This document shows positions 20,851 through 33,030 of a stretch of 64,000 nt of DNA, piece by piece (the first letter of the stretch is position 1; every line of letters begins with the position of its first letter). The stretch comes from an uncultured Phycisphaerales bacterium (GTDB taxonomy: Bacteria; Planctomycetota; Phycisphaerae; Sedimentisphaerales; Anaerobacaceae): assembly GCA_963772725.1 (NCBI GenBank), contig CAVYYI010000001.1, positions 384,001 to 448,000 on the forward strand, in the 5' to 3' direction. Position numbers and translations under genes: made by a program. Under the pieces are notes generated by a model. It was not told the DNA's origin. It did not search any database and was given only the letters and a program-made list of their open reading frames with translations.

Positions 20851-20878
20851 ACGTTCAACGTTATACGTTCGACGTTCT
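20851..20878. repeat. Tandem heptamer run ACGTT(CA/AT/CG/CT) x4
   Basis: ACGTTCA ACGTTAT ACGTTCG ACGTTCT. Confidence 0.75.
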
Positions 20879-20889
20879 TTTTCGCCTAC

Positions 20890-22068
20890 TCACAGTTTTT
20901 TTATTAGCCCTTTGAGTTTTTCGACCTCTTTGTTGTTTTCGAGGTAGGACTTAATCAGCTTTTCACGCAGTTCCTGGCCGCGGTCGTAAAGTCTCTTGGC
21001 CTTTTTCGGCTTGGTGGTGTGCTTGACATACGCGACCATCATCGGGAATGCGACCGTTACATCGAGATAGGCGGTTACCGTCTCTTCGAGTTTTGTCGGG
21101 TCGATTTTGCCCCAGCTTGCGGCCTCTGAAGGCGGTGCGCCGGACAGGCCCCCTGTATCGGGCCTGGCGTCGGTTATGTTGATGTCGTAATCCTGGCCGA
21201 CCTCGGGTATCATCAGCACTTCCTGAATCTGTGGCTCGGTCTGGAGCATAAAGTTTTTCGGACTTCCGCCGCCGATGAGAATGACCGCGGTCTTGCCCTT
21301 TTCGTATCTCTTGGCGTTCAGGATAATCGCTGTCGAATCATTGACGTCGATGCTTGGGTTTATTTTCAGTTTGAATTTATCTGACAGGCCCGACGCCTCC
21401 GCGAGAAGTTCGATGCCTGCGACGTTCATTCCAATTGTTGAGTCGCCCGGCGAAGATGTGAAAACAGGAATACCGTTTCTATACGCGGCGGCGAGGATAC
21501 TTACCTGGCCGAGCTTATTTTTCTTCTCGAACTCGTCGAGGATTTTGCCGAGATGATGATAAAACTCACGTGTCCCCATCTCTTTCTGAAATTCCGGCCT
21601 GACTAATATCTCGCGAAGTCTCCTGTCGGTCTCCATCAGGACGTCTTCGTAATCGAAGAGAATATCATAAATTCTGGTAACGCCTTTATCTCGCAGGTCA
21701 ACATCATCGACATTGTGACTGCCGCGATAGAGAGGCAGGTTGAATGCGTAATGAATGTCGTGATACATATTTGCGCCGGTGGCGGAGAGCCAGTCAACAA
21801 AGCCGTGATTCATCAGCGGAATGACCGTTGATGGTCCCAGGCCCGCAGGCGTTAACGCTCCCGCCAGGCTCAGGCCGATAGTAACATCTTCCTGCGAATA
21901 GCGGTTTTTCAAGAGGTGGCACGCGGCACGGAGTCTTCCGCCGTTATAGGCGTCCATATTATCAACCAGTTGTACAATGTCTGTCTTTTCACTAATCGGC
22001 TCAGGCATAATCCTTTTGCCTGACAGATATTTCTGCTTGCCCGGACAATTCGATTTTTTATGTTCCAT
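20890..22068 (-). CDS. Deoxyhypusine synthase-like protein (SpeY/homospermidine biosynthesis type)
   Basis: LAGALTPAG, TGANMYHD, SPGDSTIG, GGGSPKNF, DTGGLSGAPPSEAASWGK. Confidence 0.85.
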   Translation of the reverse strand: MEHKKSNCPGKQKYLSGKRIMPEPISEKTDIVQLVDNMDAYNGGRLRAACHLLKNRYSQEDVTIGLSLAGALTPAGLGPSTVIPLMNHGFVDWLSATGANMYHDIHYAFNLPLYRGSHNVDDVDLRDKGVTRIYDILFDYEDVLMETDRRLREILVRPEFQKEMGTREFYHHLGKILDEFEKKNKLGQVSILAAAYRNGIPVFTSSPGDSTIGMNVAGIELLAEASGLSDKFKLKINPSIDVNDSTAIILNAKRYEKGKTAVILIGGGSPKNFMLQTEPQIQEVLMIPEVGQDYDINITDARPDTGGLSGAPPSEAASWGKIDPTKLEETVTAYLDVTVAFPMMVAYVKHTTKPKKAKRLYDRGQELREKLIKSYLENNKEVEKLKGLIKKL

Positions 22069-22278
22069 TTTCTCTTTCCAATAAAAAAATAATTCATTAA
22101 AACTTCACCCGCGGCATTTTAGCTTTGCGACCGCTTTTTAACAAGAGAAAAGATTTTTGTTTTTTGACTGTTTTAAATAGCAAATAGTTTATTCTTGACT
22201 AAATAATCATGTTTAAATATTCTTCAGCAATATACTGTAATCATAAAATCAAAACCGCTTTTTTTTAGGATTGAAAAA

Positions 22279-23271
22279 ATGGAAGCAGTGCTTGAGTTGT
22301 TGACTGTTATATTTTTTGCTATTCTTCCCACTAAGATATCATTGTTTTTATTATTAAAAAAAGAACAAAGGGTGATTGAAAATGTATCCATTTCATTGCT
22401 TATGGCTGTAATTTATCAACTTGGAAGTATCTTTTTGATTTTGTACATAGGGCTGCATCAGAAAACTCATTTCTCATCTGTCGGCCTTGATTTTACAAAT
22501 CCGGATAAGATTATAAATGTATTTTTCGCCATAGGTGTATTTCTTGGCGTGTATGCACTTGCTGCCAGATTTATAACAGGCAAGAAACAAGAGATTGACC
22601 GTACCTCATATCATGCGATGTTGGCGGATGCGGCAAAAACTCCTTTTCAAAAAACTTTATTTTCCTTAAATTTTGTTTTTGCTGCCATATCGGAAGAACT
22701 TGTTTACAGGGGGTATTTTATTCTGCTCTGGGTACAGAGAACCGGCATAATAATCCCATGGGCAATCCTTTCGGCTTGTCTCTTTATTGTGGGGCATCTA
22801 CACTATAAAAAGAGAGATTTTATTTTCGTAATATTTTTTACGATAGCAGTGACTGCTGTGGTAATAGCTGCAGACAATATTGTCGGAGCTATTGCATATC
22901 ACGGTTTGGTAAACTTTATTGTTTCTATGAAATTGCTGAAATTGTTGACAAGCAAAAAGGAAAAAGCCACTGAGAACGTCAGTGCGATTTATAGGCCTCA
23001 ATTCAAAAAGTCTATTCCAATAAGCAATCTGGCAGTTTTTGCATTAATCATAGGTGTAATCGGAATACCCACATTCCCAATTTCTTTCGCTATACCATCC
23101 ATAGTATCTTTGATTATGGCCATTATAGCACTTAGAAGGATAAACCGGAGTAACTCTCAATTATCAGGCAAAGCACTTGCAATTGCAGCTATAATAATGT
23201 CCTCTCTTGTTATATGCATTTTTCTTATTATTGTATCGCTCTTTCTAATACTTTTTCATTTTTCCCAATGA
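22279..23271 (+). CDS. CPBP (CAAX-protease-like) intramembrane metalloprotease with C-terminal DUF4190-like domain
   Basis: EELVYRG, FIVGH, HGLVN; C-terminal IIALRRI..SGKALAIAAII. Confidence 0.75.
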   Translation: MEAVLELLTVIFFAILPTKISLFLLLKKEQRVIENVSISLLMAVIYQLGSIFLILYIGLHQKTHFSSVGLDFTNPDKIINVFFAIGVFLGVYALAARFITGKKQEIDRTSYHAMLADAAKTPFQKTLFSLNFVFAAISEELVYRGYFILLWVQRTGIIIPWAILSACLFIVGHLHYKKRDFIFVIFFTIAVTAVVIAADNIVGAIAYHGLVNFIVSMKLLKLLTSKKEKATENVSAIYRPQFKKSIPISNLAVFALIIGVIGIPTFPISFAIPSIVSLIMAIIALRRINRSNSQLSGKALAIAAIIMSSLVICIFLIIVSLFLILFHFSQ

Positions 23272-23620
23272 TTGGCACTTCCTGCCTGCAGTTACAAAAG
23301 ATATACCTCTTTATCCGGTAGGACACGAAAACTTTGAAGAATTACATGAATTTTTTAAAATTTTGTAGCAAGTCTGTTTATTCAAGCCATTGCGACAGGC
23401 TTTGAATTTTGAGTAGGGCTTTTCATAGCTAGAAATAAATTTTTCAGGTGTGGTGAAGTTTTTGAAACTATAATTTGTGCTGATGAAAAATTTCATTGCC
23501 AAACAGGCGGAAAAGTTATATAAAGACAGAGGAAGAGCAGCCTGAATTTCTGAGACAGTTGCGTTTACTGTAACAGGGCAGGGTGTTGTTTTTTCTATTT
23601 TTATTTGAAAAGGTGAATAA

Positions 23621-27239
<3,619 letters not shown>

Positions 27240-27339
27240 CACCAATTGTGTTAATATGCCTTATACTCTTAAGACTGCTTAGTTGTTGCGTTCTTCGCAA
27301 TGAAGCTAAGGGGTTGCAAGGTGCATATATTTAACGCAA

Positions 27340-28908
27340 TTGGTATCAAATATGAACAGGCGAACATTCATTAAAAATACTGGCCTTGGTGTCGCAGCGG
27401 CAGGGGCATTTGGTGTATTTGACGTACTCGCCAATGCAGCCGATAGCAATTCGTCCATCCCAAAACCACGTCGTACTCCTCCAAATATCATCGTCATTCT
27501 TGCTGATGACCTTGGGTGGGGCGACTTGAGCTGTTATCCGCAGGATACACGGTTTCCTGAAGCACGGATCCGTACCCCAAATCTTGATAGCCTTGCTACG
27601 GAAGGTGCAAGGTTTACACAAGCTTATGCTACATGCATGGTGTGCTCGCCATCACGAGCAGGGCTTTTGACAGGGCGGTATCAACAGCGGTTTGGATATT
27701 ATGAGTTCAAAGAGACTCTGTCGGGCATTCCAAAAAATGAGATGATGCTCCAGGAATTTTTGAAGAGGCAGGGTTATGTTACAGCGTGTATCGGCAAGTG
27801 GCACGTCGGCCATAAGCCGGAACTCGGTCCCATGACCCGTGGATTTGACCGATTTTATGGATTTCTCGGCGGCCAGCATGACTATTATGATCCAAACCTT
27901 GGTGATCCGACGATGGGGTTTTCATTTGACCGAGATGCCTGCATTATGGACCAGAACAAGCCTGTCAGGCAGATGGAGTATCTAACCGATGAGTTAACCA
28001 AACAGAGCATCGAATTTATTGATGAGCAAGCTGCGGCTGGCAAGCCTTTCTTCTTATATCTGTCGTACAATGCGCCGCATCCACCTATGCAGTGTACCTG
28101 GGATAAACTGGAGCCGTATGCGGCAGAGAAGGGGGGCAAGTTCGATTCTCGTGATCTGGCTCGCGCGATGATTGATTCAATGGACGATGGTATAGGTAAA
28201 ATACTCGCTCGATTGCTGCATTTGAATATCGATCGCAACACTCTGATTATTTTTACCAGTGACAACGGTGGCACCGATGACGGCGACGGTTTACCTGCAC
28301 ATCTGGTGCATCATAATGGCGGCCTGCGTGCCCGTAAGGGATTTTACTGGGAAGGAGGTATCCGTGTACCGTTTATAATTCGCTGGCCGGAAAAAGTGTC
28401 GGAAGGACTTGTGTATAACCAACCTGTCAGCCAGCTTGATATTTTTGCCACGTGTGCTGCCGCAACCGGCGGGGCAGTGGCCAAACCCCTTGATGGCGTT
28501 GACCTTGTGCCGTATCTGCGGGGTGAACGTAAAGGTATGCCGCATGATGTGATGTATTGGGGGCTGGATGAGGTGGTTGATCGCTGGGCGATACGTAATG
28601 GTAAATGGAAACTGACCTGTGAATACCGCGACCCTCAGACAACCTATGATAAGACATTGATGAAAGTAACCGAACTTCATGATATGGAGGTGGATGTGTT
28701 TGAACGGCATAATGCGGCTGAACAGCATCCTGAAATTGTGCAGGAACTTCTCAAGCTTAAAGAGGATTTCTATAAGTCATGTGCGCCTACACTGTGGACG
28801 CCTCAGCTCAAGAAGGCATGGGAAGAGGAAACAGCGCGGCGTAAACAGAAGTTGCCTAATCCGGATGCGCTGCGTCGTGATGGTGCGCCTGGACACTGGC
28901 TATTGTAA
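27340..28908 (+). CDS. Tat-exported Cys-type (formylglycine) sulfatase
   Basis: RRTFIK Tat motif, PNIIVILADDLG, CSPSRAGLLTGRY, GKWH, SDNG. Confidence 0.93.
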   Translation: MVSNMNRRTFIKNTGLGVAAAGAFGVFDVLANAADSNSSIPKPRRTPPNIIVILADDLGWGDLSCYPQDTRFPEARIRTPNLDSLATEGARFTQAYATCMVCSPSRAGLLTGRYQQRFGYYEFKETLSGIPKNEMMLQEFLKRQGYVTACIGKWHVGHKPELGPMTRGFDRFYGFLGGQHDYYDPNLGDPTMGFSFDRDACIMDQNKPVRQMEYLTDELTKQSIEFIDEQAAAGKPFFLYLSYNAPHPPMQCTWDKLEPYAAEKGGKFDSRDLARAMIDSMDDGIGKILARLLHLNIDRNTLIIFTSDNGGTDDGDGLPAHLVHHNGGLRARKGFYWEGGIRVPFIIRWPEKVSEGLVYNQPVSQLDIFATCAAATGGAVAKPLDGVDLVPYLRGERKGMPHDVMYWGLDEVVDRWAIRNGKWKLTCEYRDPQTTYDKTLMKVTELHDMEVDVFERHNAAEQHPEIVQELLKLKEDFYKSCAPTLWTPQLKKAWEEETARRKQKLPNPDALRRDGAPGHWLL

Positions 28909-29021
28909 AAAAGTCTGGGTATGTGAGAGGCACAGATATCAGAGAATGAACAGAAATCAAAAAATAGAAATCATTCGACTCGTACGAGATAATTGGTAAT
29001 AAAATTGGCATGTGTCTTTTT

Positions 29022-30209
29022 TTAATTTGCATGTCTGCGTGCCCTGATTTTAATTTCCTTTGAAGCGGCATTGATGGAATTAATCTCTTTTTCGATGGCG
29101 GGGATATCTATCTGAAGGTTGGGGTATTTTTTCGCCAGAGCGGCAAGAGTCTTAAAATCGTCATTTACCTCGCGGAGAATTTTCAGTGCCGCCGGTGAAG
29201 AAGAGGCGATCTCAATTTCTTTGGATTTGAGGTCTATATCCTTCAAAATAGTGTTTGTCCGGACTGTGGCCTTTTTAAATTCCTGTGCGGCCTTGTCGGC
29301 GGCGTCATTTACAATAATTTCGGCATTCTGAGCATTGACATCAGCCAGTATGTCCTGCCGTGAGGTGACCTCTTTGTCCGCCATATTGCTTTGAACGGCT
29401 TCGTTAGTGGTCAGTGTAAGAAGACTTCCTTTTTTATTCCATGTGTGAACAACGGGCTGGCCGTTCTTTTTGTTTACAGGCTCTATAAAGAGTCTTTTAC
29501 CCGAATCGGAGACCTCGATTACCTCGATGTTTTTATCGACCATTGCCTTGGCTAAAAGACCCGGCCTGCCGTTTCGTTCGGCCAGCGATGCCAGGTAGCC
29601 TCGCCACGCGGAACTGTATTTTTCGCTGATGTCTTTTCCGAAAGTTTCCTTCGCGTCTTTGACTTTGCCTTCATTAATAGTAACCAGCATCGCTGCTCCT
29701 ATGATGGTTCCATTGGCCATATAGATCTTGTTGCAGGCAAAGGCAAGTGCCGCTCCCGCGGAAATCGCTCCGCCTTTTTCGCCGCCCTTTATAAAGGCGT
29801 AAACAGGAGTTGGTGATTGCGTGATGGCCGAACAGATTTTTTGTGCCAAATCGGTTCTGCCGCCGGGTGTATCGATTTCAAAAATTATAAATAAAGGCCC
29901 CTCCGATGAAGCCTGTGTTATCGCCTTCTCGATAGCATCGGTTACTATTTGAAGGGCAATTGCGTCGGTCAATGGAATGACAACAACTTTATTGTTCCTG
30001 CCGTTTGTGTCATAAACGGTTTTCCACTCGGATGTATTAACGTCAATCTTTCCTTTTTCCTTTGTGAAAATTGTTGATTTGCCGTCTTCGCAGGACGAAA
30101 TCGGATAGCCGCTCAGCTTTTCACCGGTTTTTTTGTTTGTGAAGGTATCAGCGGAGCAGAAACTGGAAAAAAACGTCAGAACCGCGATTAGAGGTAATAT
30201 TTTTTTCAT
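29022..30209 (-). CDS. Secreted NfeD/ClpP-crotonase-like peptidase domain protein
   Basis: Signal peptide; EIDTPGG, AISAGAALAFAC, IGAA, LLTLT. Confidence 0.7.
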   Translation of the reverse strand: MKKILPLIAVLTFFSSFCSADTFTNKKTGEKLSGYPISSCEDGKSTIFTKEKGKIDVNTSEWKTVYDTNGRNNKVVVIPLTDAIALQIVTDAIEKAITQASSEGPLFIIFEIDTPGGRTDLAQKICSAITQSPTPVYAFIKGGEKGGAISAGAALAFACNKIYMANGTIIGAAMLVTINEGKVKDAKETFGKDISEKYSSAWRGYLASLAERNGRPGLLAKAMVDKNIEVIEVSDSGKRLFIEPVNKKNGQPVVHTWNKKGSLLTLTTNEAVQSNMADKEVTSRQDILADVNAQNAEIIVNDAADKAAQEFKKATVRTNTILKDIDLKSKEIEIASSSPAALKILREVNDDFKTLAALAKKYPNLQIDIPAIEKEINSINAASKEIKIRARRHAN

Positions 30210-30366
30210 CTTATCGTAAATTTATCTTTAATGATACTTTATCTTGTCTTTTTGCAAAATACTAAATTCATTTCATAATAGCAAGCGTTTTTTCGGGGTT
30301 TTGGCATTTGGTGCGGGATATGGTGATATTTTTCCATCCTGAAACCATGACCGGCCAATTATTTTC

Positions 30367-30395
30367 TTGACAAAAGTCGAAAAGTAAGATATATT
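30367..30395 (+). promoter_or_regulatory. Sigma70-type promoter preceding a non-coding structured region
   Basis: TTGACA-17 nt-TATATT. Confidence 0.6.
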
Positions 30396-30400
30396 ATAGT

Positions 30401-30551
30401 TGTTGCGAGTGCAAAACGACGGTTTCGCCAAAATGCGCTATCCGCGGTAAAGTGCAAATCGGCACTACGCACCATGGGAGACAGACCTTAAAATGGGAAA
30501 AATAAATTGCCTGTCTCCCTTTTTATTTTTCTGTTTTTAACCGTTTTTGCA
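30401..30551 (+). ncRNA. Candidate small structured RNA (unassigned)
   Basis: Own promoter, nested stems, GGGAGACAG/CTGTCTCCC hairpin plus T-run, no credible ORF. Confidence 0.3.
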
Positions 30552-30573
30552 ATTCCTGCCACATTCCTGAAAC

Positions 30574-30601
30574 TTGACAGCGGCGATTTTAAGCATAAAA
30601 T
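30574..30601 (+). promoter_or_regulatory. Sigma70-type promoter, probably giving a leaderless mRNA for 30610
   Basis: TTGACA-16 nt-TAAAAT ends 8 nt before ATG 30610; no SD sequence. Confidence 0.5.
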
Positions 30602-30609
30602 AATCCTCT

Positions 30610-31593
30610 ATGGCTGATTCCGTACCTCGAAAAAAGAAGAAAAAACACAGTCTGCTGTTTGACTGGCTGGTGTATATCGCTCTGCGTATAGCGGTGGTCT
30701 TTCTTTATTTATTCAGTATCGAAACCAATCTGCGAACGGCCCGTTTCATCGGATTGCTGTTATGGAAATACTATCATCGCGGCAGGCTGCGTGCGTTGGA
30801 AAATCTTCGCGCGAGTTTTCCTGAAAAGGATGAAAAGTGGATTTGGCAAACAGGTGAGAAAAGCTTTGAAAACCTGGCGATGCTGGCGATAGATGTTCTG
30901 TTCACCCCACGGCTGGTAAGAAAATATAACTTGCGTGAATATTCACGCTGGAAAAATGCTGAGCGAATCAAGTGGATGATGAAGGAGGGCGGCCTGATTA
31001 TGGTAACAGGCCATTACGGAAATTTCGAGATTATCGGTTATCTTATGGGCCTGTTCGGATTCAGTATTTACGCGATTGCCAGACCCCTCGATAATAAGTT
31101 CATAAACAAATATCTCTACAGTGTCCGTGAGCGGTTTGGCCAGAAGATAATCGACAAAAAAGGCGCGGCGGAACTTATGAATGAAATCGCCTCAAGCGGG
31201 GCGACCCTCGGTTTTATTGCCGACCAGGACGCGGGTAAAAAAGGAATCTTTGTAGATTTCTTTGGCCGAAAGGCAAGCACCTATAAAAGTATAGGCCTGC
31301 TGGCGATTACGTATAATATGCCGATAGTTGTCGGCTACTGCCGGAGAATTGATAACCGGTTCTATTTCGAGTTCTGTCCGACTCGCATTATAATGCCATC
31401 GGAATGGGCAGACAAAGGCGATGCCCTGTTTTGGATTACGCAGGAATATACCAAAGCTATCGAAAATTTTGTGCGGGAAGACCCGACGCAGTACTGGTGG
31501 CTGCACAGAAGATGGAAGCATCGCCCCAAAGACGAATTAAAACAGCAATCTCAACCTGCTCCCGTTTTGCAGTTCGATTTCCCGTCAACATAA
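30610..31593 (+). CDS. Lipid A late acyltransferase (LpxL/HtrB-like lysophospholipid acyltransferase family)
   Basis: GHYGNFE, ARPLDN, IADQDAG, VDFFG, PTQYWWLHRRWK. Confidence 0.88.
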   Translation: MADSVPRKKKKKHSLLFDWLVYIALRIAVVFLYLFSIETNLRTARFIGLLLWKYYHRGRLRALENLRASFPEKDEKWIWQTGEKSFENLAMLAIDVLFTPRLVRKYNLREYSRWKNAERIKWMMKEGGLIMVTGHYGNFEIIGYLMGLFGFSIYAIARPLDNKFINKYLYSVRERFGQKIIDKKGAAELMNEIASSGATLGFIADQDAGKKGIFVDFFGRKASTYKSIGLLAITYNMPIVVGYCRRIDNRFYFEFCPTRIIMPSEWADKGDALFWITQEYTKAIENFVREDPTQYWWLHRRWKHRPKDELKQQSQPAPVLQFDFPST

Positions 31594-31609
31594 TTAAGGA
31601 ACAGCATAA

Positions 31610-32194
31610 ATGTTTAATTTTTATGAACAGCCGTGGACGCTGCTGAGTCTGGCGATTATTGGTTTACTGGTAATGCTGATGATTCGCCGAATCTTACCCG
31701 ATAAGAGGCGATGGTGGCAACTGGCTTTGCCGCTGTTCATCGCCGCTCTTGGTTTTTCTCTCGATTATTTTGTTCAGACCGACCAGGAGAAAATAAACGC
31801 AGTTCTGATGAAATCTGCAAAGGCGGTCGAGACCCACAACCCCGGGGCTATTGCGCCGCTTATTACCGAGGATTACAAGGATTCTTTTCACCGCACCAAG
31901 AGAAGCCTGCTGCTCGATTGCCAAACATGGTTCTCTGAGCCTCTTGTATATGAGGCTATTATAAGGGAGGTATCAATCGAGATTACTCCTCCAAAGGCGA
32001 CCAAAGTTTTTACTGCCCGCGTGATAATCGATAAGCGAAGTTATGTCTATGAATACAGGCCGCTCGTTTTCACGAAGGTAAAAATGGATTTTAAAAAACA
32101 AAACAGCGACTGGTTTATCACTAATATTGAGATTCTCGAGATTGATAATCAGCCTTTCAAGTGGGGTTTAATCAGAAGTATCGGCGAATTCTAA
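31610..32194 (+). CDS. Hypothetical membrane protein (two TMs plus possible NTF2-like domain)
   Basis: Two N-terminal TMs, VQTDQEKI, ITEDYKDS, WFITNIEI. Confidence 0.6.
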   Translation: MFNFYEQPWTLLSLAIIGLLVMLMIRRILPDKRRWWQLALPLFIAALGFSLDYFVQTDQEKINAVLMKSAKAVETHNPGAIAPLITEDYKDSFHRTKRSLLLDCQTWFSEPLVYEAIIREVSIEITPPKATKVFTARVIIDKRSYVYEYRPLVFTKVKMDFKKQNSDWFITNIEILEIDNQPFKWGLIRSIGEF

Positions 32195-32209
32195 TTGTGA
32201 TATTATATC

Positions 32210-32890
32210 ATGACAAAAAAAACAGCCCTGCTTGCGCTATTATTGCTTGTACCCGTGCCGAGTATCGGAGTCCTGGCGGCTATGCTTATCGCTCCGAACC
32301 ATATATTAGGCAAATCAATTTTTCTCGCTTCAAAAATCTGGATTCTCATAATACCGGTATTTTGGCTTATTATTGTTGACAAACAAAAATTGAGCTGGTC
32401 AAAACCTATCCGCGGAGGATTTGGTGTTGCCGCTGGGCTCGGTGTCGCGATAAGCATAATTATTTTTATCGTGTACTCAGCTGCAGGCAATATCCTCATA
32501 CAGCCGCAGATAGTCAGGGAGATAGCCCTTAAAATAGGACTGTCAAATCCGTCTCTTTATATCGCGGGAGCGGCGTATTGGATTTTAATAAACTCCGTGC
32601 TTGAAGAATATGTCTGGCGATGGTTCGTTGTAAGTCAATGCAGAGTATTTATGCCTGTTGGAGCTGCGATTGTAATATCTGCTCTTGGCTTTACGCTGCA
32701 CCATATTATTGCCCTGGATATATTTTTCGGCTGGTTCACAGCGGCAATCGCCTCGATGGGCGTTTTTATCGGCGGCGCTATTTGGTCGTGGTGTTACCTC
32801 AGATACCGGTCAATCTGGCCCGGATATCTCAGCCATGCCATTGTGGATATCGCCGTCTTCGCCATTGGCTACAGCTTAATTTTCAAATAA
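32210..32890 (+). CDS. CPBP-family intramembrane metalloprotease
   Basis: LEEYVWRWF, FTLHH, SIWPGYLSHAIVD. Confidence 0.85.
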   Translation: MTKKTALLALLLLVPVPSIGVLAAMLIAPNHILGKSIFLASKIWILIIPVFWLIIVDKQKLSWSKPIRGGFGVAAGLGVAISIIIFIVYSAAGNILIQPQIVREIALKIGLSNPSLYIAGAAYWILINSVLEEYVWRWFVVSQCRVFMPVGAAIVISALGFTLHHIIALDIFFGWFTAAIASMGVFIGGAIWSWCYLRYRSIWPGYLSHAIVDIAVFAIGYSLIFK

Positions 32891-32904
32891 GCTAAATCAG
32901 TTCT

Positions 32905-32939
32905 GCGTTGAAAGTTCGATGTTCAATGTTGAACGTTAA
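32905..32939. repeat. Tandem heptamer run (NNGTTNA-like) x5
   Basis: GCGTTGA AAGTTCG ATGTTCA ATGTTGA ACGTTAA; related to the 20851 run. Confidence 0.65.
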
Positions 32940-33030
32940 AATTAATTCTCTCCCTTGACTTTTTGTCCTGTCAGGTGTACCTTAACGTTTTTACTTTTGG
33001 GTTTTATTATATTTAAGGATAGCTCGAATT

